NCBI GenBank assembly: GCA_965198225.1
Contig: CBDAOY010000006.1
Location: 832,001 to 896,000, forward strand
Source of the DNA: Terriglobia bacterium
GTDB taxonomy: Bacteria; Acidobacteriota; Terriglobia; 20CM-2-55-15
Reading direction: 5' to 3'
DNA: 64,000 bases
Each line of letters begins with the position of its first letter. Position 1 is the stretch's first letter. Shown one piece after another: positions 1 to 10,101 of this stretch. The notes under the pieces were generated by a model that saw only the letters and a program-made list of their open reading frames with translations, ran no database searches and had not been told where the DNA came from. A program made the position numbers and the translations under genes.

Positions 1-1
1 C

Positions 2-1022
2 GGCCGATATCGCATCTTCGGAGTCCAGCACGGTTGGGCCCGCAACGATGTCTACATCCAGGATCTCGAGGGCAGCGGCGAGATCCGTCCGGTTGTCGTC
101 GGCCTCCCCGCTCACTTCACCGTCCGCTTTCGGGAAGGACGCCTCTATGTGCGCACGGACATGGATGCGCCCATGTACCGGCTCATGGTCGCAGACCCGG
201 AGCGTCCGGAGCCGGAGCACTGGGAGGAACTCATCCCGGAGTCCGAAGATCTGTTTGAGACTTACAGCTTCATCGACGGCAGGATCTACGCCACGTACCT
301 CCACGACGTGAGTGATCGCATCCGTGTCTTCGCAGAGGACGGAACGCTGGTCGGTGAGGTGGAAATCCCCGATCACCTTTCCGCGACGATCCGGGGCGAC
401 GGTGATGGCAAGGCCTCCTTAACGTTGCGCGGTCACCTGCAGCCGAACACGACCTACGACCTCGACCTATCCAAGGGCGAGCGTCTGGTATCCGAGGAGT
501 CGGAAGTGCCCCGACTCGGGGTCACGGGTGCAAGCAATGGAGGATTGCTTGTGGCGAGCGCAATGACCCAACGCCCGGACCTCTTCCGCGCCGTTCTACG
601 CCCGGACCTCTTCCGCGCCGTTCTGCGCCTATCCCGATCTGGACATGGTGCGATTCAACACGTTCCGCAGCACGAACAACCTGCCCGCCCTCTTGGAGTA
701 CGGAGATGCCTCTATTCCCGAGCAGTTCGAAGCCATTCGGCAATACTCACCCTATCAAGCCGTGCGCGACGGTGTGGACTACCCGGCCGTGATGCTGACG
801 ACTGGAGACCTGGACACCCGAGTGCCGCCTCTTCAGGCCAGGCGGATGACCGCCCGGCTACAGGCCGCAACGTCGTCGGGCTTGCCCGTGATTCTGTATT
901 ACGACGAAAGGGGCGGCCACGCCGCCGGCCGCGGGCGACCCGTGAGCCTGCGAATCGAGGACTCGGCTCGAGAGATCACGTTCCTGGCCCAGCAACTGGG
1001 GTTGGGCGTGGAGCGTGAGTGA
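2..1022 (+). pseudogene. Prolyl oligopeptidase (S9A) family gene, 5'-truncated by the window, apparently internally deleted and frameshifted
   Basis: Frame open from base 2 with propeller-like sequence. It jumps from ...SEESEVP straight into RLGVTGASNGGLL (catalytic Ser motif). A 27-bp tandem duplication (571-597/598-624) follows. The C-terminus with DTRV (Asp) and GGH (His) lies in another frame (645-1022). Confidence 0.8.
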
Positions 1023-1279
1023 AGTTTCGGAACAAAAATACGCACGCTGGGAAGGCCGGCTCTCGACGATTTCAAATCAAGCAATTTCCAATGAAAAACC
1101 TGCAATGCGGATTACTCAATATCGCGATTTGCAATTGAACCCACTCAGTTTCCGAAGAGCTATTCTTCAGTAAGCGGTGGAACCCGAGGATCCCACTTCC
1201 CCGACCCGTTCTTGGGCACAGACTGGATTTGAATTACAATTCACGTCCCTACACCAAAACAAAGTGGAGGAGATCGGCG

Positions 1280-2317
1280 ATGACTATCTCGAACTTGAAT
1301 CGGAGAGACTTCCTCAGGATCTCGATTGCAACCGGCGCCGCCGCATCCGCGATGCTGGACCCAGGCCCCGCCGACGCCCAGACGTTTGCGAAGCCCGACT
1401 GGCGAATCATCGACATGCACACGCACCTGCTCCGGCAGGTGCGGCCTCCGTTGCCACGCACCCCAGTCCTGCGTGACAATCCGCTGACGAGTCATTACAC
1501 CTGGCACGAGCACAACGGGGACCTGCTGGTTGCCGAAATGAACGTGGCCGGCGTGACCCAGGCCCTGGTGAAGACCTACGAAGCCGAAGATCTGGCAATT
1601 GCGCTCAAACGCTTCGGAATAGATCCTGCTGAATTCCAGACCGGTGAAGAATACATGCTGCCCTGGATTCGCAAATATCCGGAGCGGTTCCTGTGGGCTG
1701 GTGTCTTCAACCCCACGAGGACCGACCGGATGGCCGAATGGAAGAGCCGCATCGAAGGCGAGGAGCTGAAAGCGGTGGTGTTCCGGCCTCCGTTCTTCCC
1801 GCGCAATCCGATCAACGACAGCACACACCGTGAAATTCTGGAGTGGTGTCGCGCCAACCAGAAACCGGTGATGATGACCTTCGAGGGCATCGTCCCTCCG
1901 GAGACGCCGAACCAGGCGGAGTACGTGGGCTGGTTCGCCGAGGTCGTCGACGCCTTCCCGGACGTGCGCTTCTGTCTCATGCACATGGGCTTCGACGAGC
2001 TGGCGCAGCTGGCGCGCGTACCGATGTTCCGTGTCGTCAACGAACTCAACGAGAGGCATGGCAACGTCTGGTTCGAAACCGCCATGCATGTCGATCATAC
2101 GTACCCGTACCTCGGCTATCTCGAGAAGCTCGAGATGCTGTACCAGGCCGTCGGGCGAGACAGGATCATGTGGAGTACCGATTGGCCCTGGACCGAAACC
2201 TGGAGCAAGTACTTCCAGCACGTCCAGGCGGTGCTCGAAAACGCCCATTTTCTGTCCCAGGACGAGAAGAGACTGTTTCTCGGCGAAAACGCCGTGACGT
2301 TCCTCGGAATCGACTGA
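1280..2317 (+). CDS. Tat-exported amidohydrolase family protein (Amidohydro_2-like)
   Basis: NRRDFL twin-arginine signal, IIDMHTH metal motif, HMG and WSTDWP motifs. GGAG lies upstream of ATG 1280. Confidence 0.85.
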   Translation: MTISNLNRRDFLRISIATGAAASAMLDPGPADAQTFAKPDWRIIDMHTHLLRQVRPPLPRTPVLRDNPLTSHYTWHEHNGDLLVAEMNVAGVTQALVKTYEAEDLAIALKRFGIDPAEFQTGEEYMLPWIRKYPERFLWAGVFNPTRTDRMAEWKSRIEGEELKAVVFRPPFFPRNPINDSTHREILEWCRANQKPVMMTFEGIVPPETPNQAEYVGWFAEVVDAFPDVRFCLMHMGFDELAQLARVPMFRVVNELNERHGNVWFETAMHVDHTYPYLGYLEKLEMLYQAVGRDRIMWSTDWPWTETWSKYFQHVQAVLENAHFLSQDEKRLFLGENAVTFLGID

Positions 2318-2338
2318 GGACGGGACCCTCGAGAGCGT

Positions 2339-2405
2339 GTAGGTGCGCTCTATGAGCGCACATGGTTGGGGCTCGAAGAATTGTGCGGTCATAGACCGCA
2401 CCTAG
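2339..2405. repeat. GTAG-family REP doublet (REPIN-like)
   Basis: GTAGGTGCGCTCTATGAGCGCAC followed by the inverted variant GTGCGGTCATAGACCGCACCTA. The same pair occurs at 35245 and 58115. Confidence 0.85.
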
Positions 2406-2493
2406 ACCTCTGTTTTGGAGAAGGAGGGTGTTTGAATGTTCCATGGGTTCGGTGTAGCGTGAGGCCGAAACCAAACGACAGGAGGCAACGTTT

Positions 2494-4755
2494 TTGATAT
2501 TCGCCTTGCCTTTGAAGCCGATTGTTCTGGCTCTGGCGCTCCTCGGCGCTCAGATGCCCCCGCCTCTCGGCGCGCCCGACGAAGCCCTCCTCGATGCCGC
2601 TCAACGCAACGACATGAACGACATGAACGACGTTCTGCGGGCCCTCCAGCAGGGAGCGGATGTCAATGCGCAGAAGTTTTACGGTGGCCGCGCCTTGCTG
2701 TTTGCGGCGACCAACGCGAACCTCGACATGGTGGAGCTGCTTGTCGAACGCGGGGCGGACCTCATGGTCGAGGTCACGCCATACCTCAGCGGAGTCGTCG
2801 GTGGGGTGATGCGCAGCGGGAATATGGGAATGACCCTGTATCTGCTGGAAAGGCTCGAGGAAGGATCGGCAGGAATCTCGGCCGTCGTCCTGTACGCCGT
2901 CGAACAGAAGAATCTCACGCTGCTCGAAGCGGCGTTCGCCCGAGCCGACATACCCGATACGGTGATCGCGGCCAGTCATGCGTTTGCCGTGAGGACCGAC
3001 AATGCCGAGATGGCAGCGGTGCTGGAGGCCGAGATGGGCCGACGTCCTGGCTCGGCAGATCTAGTCGTCACGCTGCCTCGGGCCGATCTGGACGCGTTCA
3101 CGGGCTCGTATCTGGACCTCAGCACCGGCCAGACTCAGAGGCTGACGTTCGATATCGCTCCCGACGACGTGAACCTCAGCGTGTCGATCACGGGCGCGAC
3201 GCGCGAGGTCTCACTGATGCTGGTCCCAACGTCGGATTCCACCTTCATCACCCCGCAGGTCGCCCACGCCAGTTTCCGATTCGATCGCCGGGATGGCGTC
3301 GTCGGGAGCGTGGTTTTCAGCAATCCGACCAACGGGAAGAATCCAACGCTCACCTACCTGCGCGCCGATGACGAGGCCGAGACGCTGGCGGCTGCTTCGC
3401 TGCCGAACGCGGGTCCGATCGACCTGTCCACGGTGCCGCGCGACACACCGCGACCGTGGCCGTCTTTCCGTGGGCCGAGCGCATCCGGCATCGCCGACGG
3501 GCAAGGCGCCGTCACGGAATGGGACGCCGGGACCGGCCGGAACATTCGCTGGAAGACGCCCATTCCCGGCATAGCGAACGCGAGCCCCATCATCTGGGGG
3601 AATCGCGTCTTCGTCGCCACCGCGGTCAGTAGCTCGGGCAACAGTTTTTTCCGGACCGGAGATTACAGCGGCGCATCGTCGGTCGACGATCTGTCCGAGC
3701 ATAGCTGGAGACTCTATGCGCTCGACGTCGAAAGCGGGCGCGTCGTCTGGGAGCGGGAAGTCCACCAGGGCGTGCCGCGCACGAAGCGTCACATGAAAGG
3801 TAGCCAGGCCAGCTCGACGCCGGCTACCGACGGACGCTACGTCGTCGTCATCTTCGGTACGGTCGGAATGTTTGCGACTTACGACATTGACGGCGAGCTG
3901 CTTTGGAAGAAGGACCTGGGGGTATTGGGCAACGGCTCCTATTACGATTCCAACGACCAGTGGGGCCACAGCAGTTCACCGATCATCTACGGGGACACGG
4001 TCATCCTTCAGATCGATCGCCAGAAAGATCCGTTTGTGGCGGCATATGATCTCGCAACGGGACGGGAGCTATGGCGGACGAGCCGGGAGGGTGAGATCTC
4101 CTCCTGGGGCACTCCGACGATCGTGACCGCAAGGTCGGGCGGAGATGAACTGATCACGAACGGCACCTCGATCAGGGGGTACGATCCAAAGACCGGCGAG
4201 CTGCGCTGGACGCTCGCACCGAATTCCGACGTCGCGATACCGACTCCGGTGGCCGGCCCCGACCTCGTTTACGTCGCTGCAGGGTATCCCCCGATCCGTC
4301 CGATCTACGCGATTCGACCGGGGTCCACCGGTAACATTTCTCTGGAAGACAGCGCCAGTTCCAACGAAGCCGTCGCCTGGAGCGCCCGGCGAGGCGGTCC
4401 CTACATCCCGACGCCGATCTTCTATCGAGGCGTGCTCTACGTCCTCAGAAACAACGGCGTCATCACGGGCTACGACGGCGGCACCGGTGAACGCGTCTAC
4501 CAGGCGCGGGTCGGCCGCGTTGGCGGCGCATTCACTGCCTCGCCCATCGCCGCCGACGGCCGCCTGTATCTCGTCAACGAAGACGGCGACGCGTATGTGC
4601 TCGAGGCAGGCCGGGAATACGTTTTGATATCGCGGAACGACATGAACGAAATCGTCATGACGACGCCCGCGATTTCAGACGGCCTGATTGTGATCCGCAC
4701 GTTCGGCCATGTTTACGGAATCGGAGATACGAGTGACAGGGGGCGTGAGAAGTAG
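2494..4755 (+). CDS. Secreted protein with N-terminal ankyrin-like repeats and C-terminal PQQ-like (BamB-type) beta-propeller
   Basis: Signal peptide, LQQGADVNA and LVERGAD ankyrin-like motifs, WPSFRGP..., SPII..., and repeated TGRELWR/TGELRWT Trp-docking motifs. AGGAGG lies before the TTG start. Confidence 0.8.
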   Translation: MIFALPLKPIVLALALLGAQMPPPLGAPDEALLDAAQRNDMNDMNDVLRALQQGADVNAQKFYGGRALLFAATNANLDMVELLVERGADLMVEVTPYLSGVVGGVMRSGNMGMTLYLLERLEEGSAGISAVVLYAVEQKNLTLLEAAFARADIPDTVIAASHAFAVRTDNAEMAAVLEAEMGRRPGSADLVVTLPRADLDAFTGSYLDLSTGQTQRLTFDIAPDDVNLSVSITGATREVSLMLVPTSDSTFITPQVAHASFRFDRRDGVVGSVVFSNPTNGKNPTLTYLRADDEAETLAAASLPNAGPIDLSTVPRDTPRPWPSFRGPSASGIADGQGAVTEWDAGTGRNIRWKTPIPGIANASPIIWGNRVFVATAVSSSGNSFFRTGDYSGASSVDDLSEHSWRLYALDVESGRVVWEREVHQGVPRTKRHMKGSQASSTPATDGRYVVVIFGTVGMFATYDIDGELLWKKDLGVLGNGSYYDSNDQWGHSSSPIIYGDTVILQIDRQKDPFVAAYDLATGRELWRTSREGEISSWGTPTIVTARSGGDELITNGTSIRGYDPKTGELRWTLAPNSDVAIPTPVAGPDLVYVAAGYPPIRPIYAIRPGSTGNISLEDSASSNEAVAWSARRGGPYIPTPIFYRGVLYVLRNNGVITGYDGGTGERVYQARVGRVGGAFTASPIAADGRLYLVNEDGDAYVLEAGREYVLISRNDMNEIVMTTPAISDGLIVIRTFGHVYGIGDTSDRGREK

Positions 4756-4770
4756 TCAGTAGTCGGTAGT

Positions 4771-6089
4771 CAGTAGTGTCCGACACGTTTCAGAATAGAT
4801 TCAATTGGTTAGCGTTAGAGTGTCGATTTGAGATGAGCCCGGATTCGGTAAGCAGCTGAAAAAGAGGCACATTCTCAAATGGTGTGACACTCAAGATCTG
4901 TAACATTGAGTGCAACGACAAAGGCAAATTCAGTTCTTTACGCACGATAGCCACCAGCACGTAAACGCTCACGGCGACCCAGACCTGAGTTTTGACGGCG
5001 TTCTCGGAAGTGCCGAAGAAACGCTTGATGCGCAGGTGCTGTTTGATCCATTTGAAGAACAGCTCCACCTGCCAGCGCAGGCGATACAACTCGCAGATGG
5101 TCCGGGCTGGGAGCGTCATGTGATTGGTCAAGAAAACCAGTCGCCGACCCTCGGGATCGCGATAACGAATGCGACGCAACCGTTCGGGGTAGCCGCGGCG
5201 GGAGCGAAATACGGTCAGTTCGATAGTCTGATCGCAGATGAGGCCCGTGTGTCGGTCGACGGGTTGGGAGTAGATGCGCTTGAACGCGAAGTCGGATCGA
5301 GCACGGGTGACGAAGAAGCTCCCGGCTTGATTGAAGGTGTAGAGGCGATCGAAGTCGAGATAGCCGCGGTCCATCACGTAGAAAGCACCGGCTTCGGCGA
5401 TGAGCAGGTCGAGAACGTTGACGTCGTGCAGCCTGCCTTCGGAGATGTGGATGAAGCTGGGGATACCGCCACGCAGGTCGAGCAGCGTATGAAGCTTCAC
5501 CGCGGCTTCGGTCTTTCGAAAGTGCGCCCAAGGGAACAGCGACAAGCACAGACTGATCATCGTGGAGTCGAGCGCGTAGACGGTTTCGTCCAGGTCGATC
5601 CCGAGCGGCTCGTGGGCATACAAGCGGCGTGCGATGCGGATCAGCGCCTGAGCGAACTCTCCGTAGATGCGCCAGTCGCGAGACTCGTTGGCATCGGCCA
5701 ATGCACTGCGGCTGACCTTCCCGTGCAACCCCAGGTGGTAGAGCTTGGCGGGTTGGGCTCGCAAGCAGGCTTGAATGTCGCGCAGGCTCTCCCGATAGGT
5801 CAGCTGAGCGAAGGCCATGCATAGGAACTGGTCCAGGCAACTGAATGTGCGGACGTTGAAATTGCCGCGGTACTTGGTCACCAGACGACGGAACGTATAC
5901 CACGGCGCGAACTCCATGACTTGTGCGAAGACCAGCTTGCCAGCGTGCATCGGTGCCTCCCAGAAACCTCTGGAAAGGCTGCCGCGAAGGCCGCACAGAA
6001 ATCAAATCGTTAACACCTTGACAAGCGCGCTACATCGCGTCAGTTCTAACTTTAGGACCGGGAGGTCCTAAATCTGTCGGACACTACTG
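4771..6089 (-). mobile_element. Complete IS4-family insertion sequence (1319 bp)
   Basis: Perfect 15-bp TIRs CAGTAGTGTCCGACA (4771-4785) and TGTCGGACACTACTG (6075-6089). 9-bp target duplication GTCGGTAGT at 4762-4770 and 6090-6098. Confidence 0.93.
4790..5950 (-). CDS. IS4-family DDE transposase (DUF4372-like N-terminus)
   Basis: ALDST, MDRGY and YRLRWQVELFFKWIKQ (IS4 YREK signature) motifs. The ORF lies within the TIRs. Confidence 0.93.
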   Translation of the reverse strand: MHAGKLVFAQVMEFAPWYTFRRLVTKYRGNFNVRTFSCLDQFLCMAFAQLTYRESLRDIQACLRAQPAKLYHLGLHGKVSRSALADANESRDWRIYGEFAQALIRIARRLYAHEPLGIDLDETVYALDSTMISLCLSLFPWAHFRKTEAAVKLHTLLDLRGGIPSFIHISEGRLHDVNVLDLLIAEAGAFYVMDRGYLDFDRLYTFNQAGSFFVTRARSDFAFKRIYSQPVDRHTGLICDQTIELTVFRSRRGYPERLRRIRYRDPEGRRLVFLTNHMTLPARTICELYRLRWQVELFFKWIKQHLRIKRFFGTSENAVKTQVWVAVSVYVLVAIVRKELNLPLSLHSMLQILSVTPFENVPLFQLLTESGLISNRHSNANQLNLF

Positions 6090-6135
6090 GTCGGTAGTCA
6101 GTAGTCAGTTGGCGGCTGCGCCGCGGCGCTCGAAG

Positions 6136-6376
6136 CTAGCTGGAGCTTTCACTTCCGGGCTTCCAGCCATTAGGTCACCCCAATAACTGCCGGATATAAC
6201 TACGGCGCCATACTGGAAATTGCGCCGGCGGGACTTGAACCCGCTAGCACAGCAGCTAGCCTCGCTGCGCCACTTCCTCGCTGTCTACGCTTCTCTCCCG
6301 CCGGTCACCCGGCGACAGGCAAGACTCGCTACCGGCCTGCCCTCTACGGCTTTAACCGGACTGGACTTTCACCGGT
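6136..6376 (-). mobile_element. Relics of two group II intron 5' (domain I) regions
   Basis: The minus strand reads ...GTGAAAGTCC...GAGTCTTGC...GAAGCGTAGACAG (motifs shared with the intron at 7762), then GCGCAGCGAGGCTAGC...GCGGGTTCAAGTCCCGC. No D5/D6 is seen. Confidence 0.6.
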
Positions 6377-7047
6377 TATTTCCCCTTGTCATCTGTAGCG
6401 CTGTCGAATAGTGTGAAACACGTCGATTCGTTGTCGAATGCAATTGTTTTCAAGCCTTTAAGCCTTGGGGAAACTCTCAAGTCGGCGGCGGCGATCGGTA
6501 TGGCGTCATGCCGCTGGGAAACAATCCAGAAAGCCTCCACGAGACCTCCGACTCTACCTTTGTGCCGAAATGGATCAGAGGGGCCTGCTGTCAGTGAAGA
6601 TCACTAAAACACCCATGAGTGAGCGCCATCCGAGAGGGACAGCGTACAGACGGACAAGAGGGCTCATTTCAACCGCGCAGACTGTTACAATCCGCTTCAC
6701 GCCTGAAGACACAGTGATTCCGTCGATCGAGATCCAGCGGGTACTTCCTGCAATGGGGTCGATTCGCGACACGGCGGCCTCTCTATTCGGCTTTACGGCT
6801 GATTTCAATGTGCGCCGTGAGAAGGCGCCAATCCTCAGCGGGTGCGAATCCCGCCCGGCAACTGTCGCTCCAGTCGGTAGCAATCGGAGCGGATGGTGGA
6901 GGTAACAACATCGTCTGAAGCACTCCGATGACAAAGGGCCGCCTCGGGCGGCTCAGCGACCACACAGGCCACAACGCGAGTAAACGCCGAGCAGGCCTCG
7001 AAACGCACAATGCGGAAGCCGACCCGCCGTTGAAACGGGGAAGGCGT

Positions 7048-7710
7048 CACGAGCGGAAGGGGACCCCGCAAGGGTCTCCGATCTCGCCGCTGTTCAGCAA
7101 CATCTACATGCGGCGCTTCATTCTGGGCTGGAAGGTGCTGGGCTACGCCCGGCACTTCAAGGCGGAAATCGTCAACTACGCGGATGACTTCGCGGTTCTC
7201 GGTCGCGCGCCGGCAGCGGTGATGCTAGCGGCGGTCGAAGCCCTGATAAAACGTCTGAAGTTGGCGATGAACGTTGAGAAGACCCGCTGCTGCCGGGTGC
7301 CGGAGGAATCGATGACGTTCCTCGGCTACCGGATCGGTTGCAACTACCGGCCGGGTACGGGTGCCGCCTACATAGGCACACATCCGAGCCGGGAAAGCGT
7401 CCAGAGCATCTGCCGTCGTGTGAGCGAGTTGACCGCGCCGCGCCACGTGCTCCTGCCGTCGGGAGTCGTAGTGGGACGCCTCAACCGGTTGCTGATCGGT
7501 TGGGCGAACTATTTCATCCTGGGACAGGTCCGCCCGGCCTACAAGGCGATTGATCAACACGCGACCCGGCGGCTGCGCCAGTGGCTCTGCCGTAAGCACA
7601 AGGTGCGGACCGGGAAACACGTGCGCTTCCCGTCCGAGCGGCTCTGGTCCGATTACGGGCTCACGCATCTTGCGCCGCGTACGGCGAGCTTTCCGTGGGC
7701 GAAGGCATGA
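7048..7710 (+). pseudogene. 3' fragment of group II intron reverse transcriptase/maturase
   Basis: GTPQGSPISPL, NYADDF, FLGY and GWANYF motifs. The N-terminal RT subdomains are missing, and domain I RNA is fused directly to the PQG region. Confidence 0.88.
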
Positions 7711-8162
7711 TCTCGTCCGAGAGCCGGATGCGGGAAATCCGCATGTCCGGTTCGATGAGCGTTGCGCCTTGCAAGCGCATGAGATCCAGTCGCCTGAGAT
7801 GGCGGCCGTGGCAGAGCCTAGCCGGCAGCCACGTACCGAGTCTTGCGTGGTGGTCGGTGACGGACACTGCGAAGCGTAGACAGGGAGGGAGTAGGCCGGA
7901 ACACCAGTGAACGGAAAGATAGCCCCGAAATCGAACGTGGTTGAAGTAGCCGACCCTGTCGCTCTAGGGGGAAGGCGGAATCGCAGGGCACGCAATGGCA
8001 AGTGCCCTGGGGTGCTTCCGGGGTTCGTACCGCCGGCATGCAACCAAGGATTTCATGGGAACAAGGGAGATCCGTCAGGTTCAAGCGGAGCTTGTAGGGT
8101 TGGACAAGCCAACAACGCGAGGAAGACCCGAAGGCCTGTCGGAAGTCAGACTGGCTGATAGT

Positions 8163-9975
8163 GCGTGCCTGGCAGCACGCGTTTCCGGCGGGTTAAAGTC
8201 CCGCTCGGCCCGAGGCCACGGGTCGATATCCAACAAGTGGGGGTAATGCCTCACTGGCCGAAGTGTAGACAGGTAGTGCAGATGCCTAAACGGGCACGAA
8301 GGCGAAAGCCGGATACGGCCAAGGCAAAGCTGGAGCCAGCTACGGAAACTTTGGAGGGCAGGGCGCCCACCGCGAGGTGGGGTCTGAAGGGCATGAGGAG
8401 AACCACCGGGTCGTAATCGACGGGAGCCATCCCGAGGATGAACCGGTCGGCCAAAGATGGGGAATGGTCGAGCCCGCACTATTGGGGCGAAGGCGCATTG
8501 GTTCCACCCCATCGCACCAAGGTGTGTGCGGGCGACACGGTGGAGAAGAGACGCGAGTGACCCAGGGAGGCCTGGTATCGTCCGAGCGGAAGGTAAGGTC
8601 GAGATGATGTGGCACCCGCAGACGAAAGGGCGGGCAACCGAGAAGACAAACATCGACCTAGAGCCCTGCGCGGTAGGTGCGGATATAAGCGAGAGCGAAA
8701 TTCCGGCCGACGCGGTGTCAGGAATCGGATCGGGGAATAGTGCGTGCCTGGCAGCACGCGTTTCCGGCGGGTTAAAGTCCCGCTCGGCCCGAGGCCACGG
8801 GTCGATATCCAACAAGTGGGGGTAATGCCTCACTGGCCGAAGTGTAGACAGGTAGTGCAGATGCCTAAACGGGCACGAAGGCGAAAGCCGGATACGGCCA
8901 AGGCAAAGCTGGAGCCAGCTACGGAAACTTTGGAGGGCAGGGCGCCCACCGCGAGGTGGGGTCTGAAGGGCATGAGGAGAACCACCGGGTCGTAATCGAC
9001 GGGAGCCATCCCGAGGATGAACCGGTCGGCCAAAGATGGGGAATGGTCGAGCCCGCACTATTGGGGCGAAGGCGCATTGGTTCCACCCCATCGCACCAAG
9101 GTGTGTGCGGGCGACACGGTGGAGAAGAGACGCGAGTGACCCAGGGAGGCCTGGTATCGTCCGAGCGGAAGGTAAGGTCGAGATGATGTGGCACCCGCAG
9201 ACGAAAGGGCGGGCAACCGAGAAGACAAACATCGACCTAGAGCCCTGCGCGGTAGGTGCGGATATAAGCGAGAGCGAAATTCCGGCCGACGCGGTGTCAG
9301 GAATCGGATCGGGGAATAGTACTCAGGAACGAGACGGCAAACATAAGGTCTCGGATCGTTGCTTCGAGCAGCGGCGCTGGCGGGTCCAAAAGGCCCGTTG
9401 GAGGGGGAAGTCCCCGTACTCAGTCGTGAATGTGCGAGCGATGGGAAACGCGGAGATATCGTGGAATTGGATAGTTCCCTTAGCGAAAGACCCAAACGCG
9501 GTACGAACGAAGCCGCCACCTGCCGCCACACAGCGAATTCCGAACGAGGAGCAACTGAGGAAAGCGGCTTGCGGGAAAACCGCACGAGCCGTTTGATTGA
9601 GCGGACGGTGGAGCGGACGGTGGGATCGGCCCGACCACTTTCGACTCTACACTCAGGAACGAGACGGCAAACATAAGGTCTCGGATCGTTGCTTCGAGCA
9701 GCGGCGCTGGCGGGTCCAAAAGGCCCGTTGGAGGGGGAAGTCCCCGTACTCAGTCGTGAATGTGCGAGCGATGGGAAACGCGGAGATATCGTGAACTTGG
9801 ATAGTTCCCTTAGCGAAAGACCCAAACGCGGTACGAACGAAGCCGCCACCTGCCGCCACACAGCGAATTCCGAACGAGGAGCAACTGAGGAAAGCGGCTT
9901 GCGGGAAAACCGCACGAGCCGTTTGATTGAGCGGACGGTGGAAGGGCCGATCGGCCCGACCACTTTCGACTCTAC
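8163..9975 (+). mobile_element. ORF-less group II intron 3, outer copy (8163-8741 plus 9651-9975, 904 nt)
   Basis: Starts GCGTG. EBS1 ACTATT at 8478-8483. D5 AAAGCGGCTTGCGGGAAAACCGCACGAGCCGTTT at about 9891-9924. Ends GACTCTAC. Domain IV is short with no RT ORF. Confidence 0.85.
8742..9650 (+). mobile_element. ORF-less group II intron 3, inner copy (909 nt), inserted into the outer copy
   Basis: Contiguous near-identical copy with an intact AATAGT-ACTC junction at 9315-9324, EBS1 at 9057-9062 and D5 at about 9561-9594. It produces the A-A-B-B repeat pattern (579 bp and about 325 bp). Confidence 0.82.
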
Positions 9976-10101
9976 ACTCCGAGGTCGGGAGAGCCGATCA
10001 CATGGGGAAGCGGCCAGCAGAAGTGGACTCGTTCTTGGGAAACATGAGCTCCATGCAACGGGAGGATACGGTCCTCTATGCAACGAGAGGAACAACCAGT
10101 C

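Noticed and set aside
6205-6260. GGTTCAAGTCC (minus strand) resembling a tRNA T-loop
   Set aside because: No cloverleaf can be formed, and a similar hairpin occurs near the 5' ends of introns 1 and 3.
6386-6809. Short ORFs between the intron relics and intron 1
   Set aside because: No recognisable motifs, and the longest runs into intron RNA. No call can be supported.
8161-8165. GTGCG as the 5' end of intron 3
   Set aside because: The empty site at 9315-9324 and the EBS1 pairing place GT in the exon, so the intron starts at 8163.
8163-9975. 579-bp and about 325-bp direct repeats read as simple tandem duplications or a CRISPR-like array
   Set aside because: The A-A-B-B layout with junctions at intron ends is what self-insertion produces. 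There is no repeat-spacer periodicity and no cas gene.
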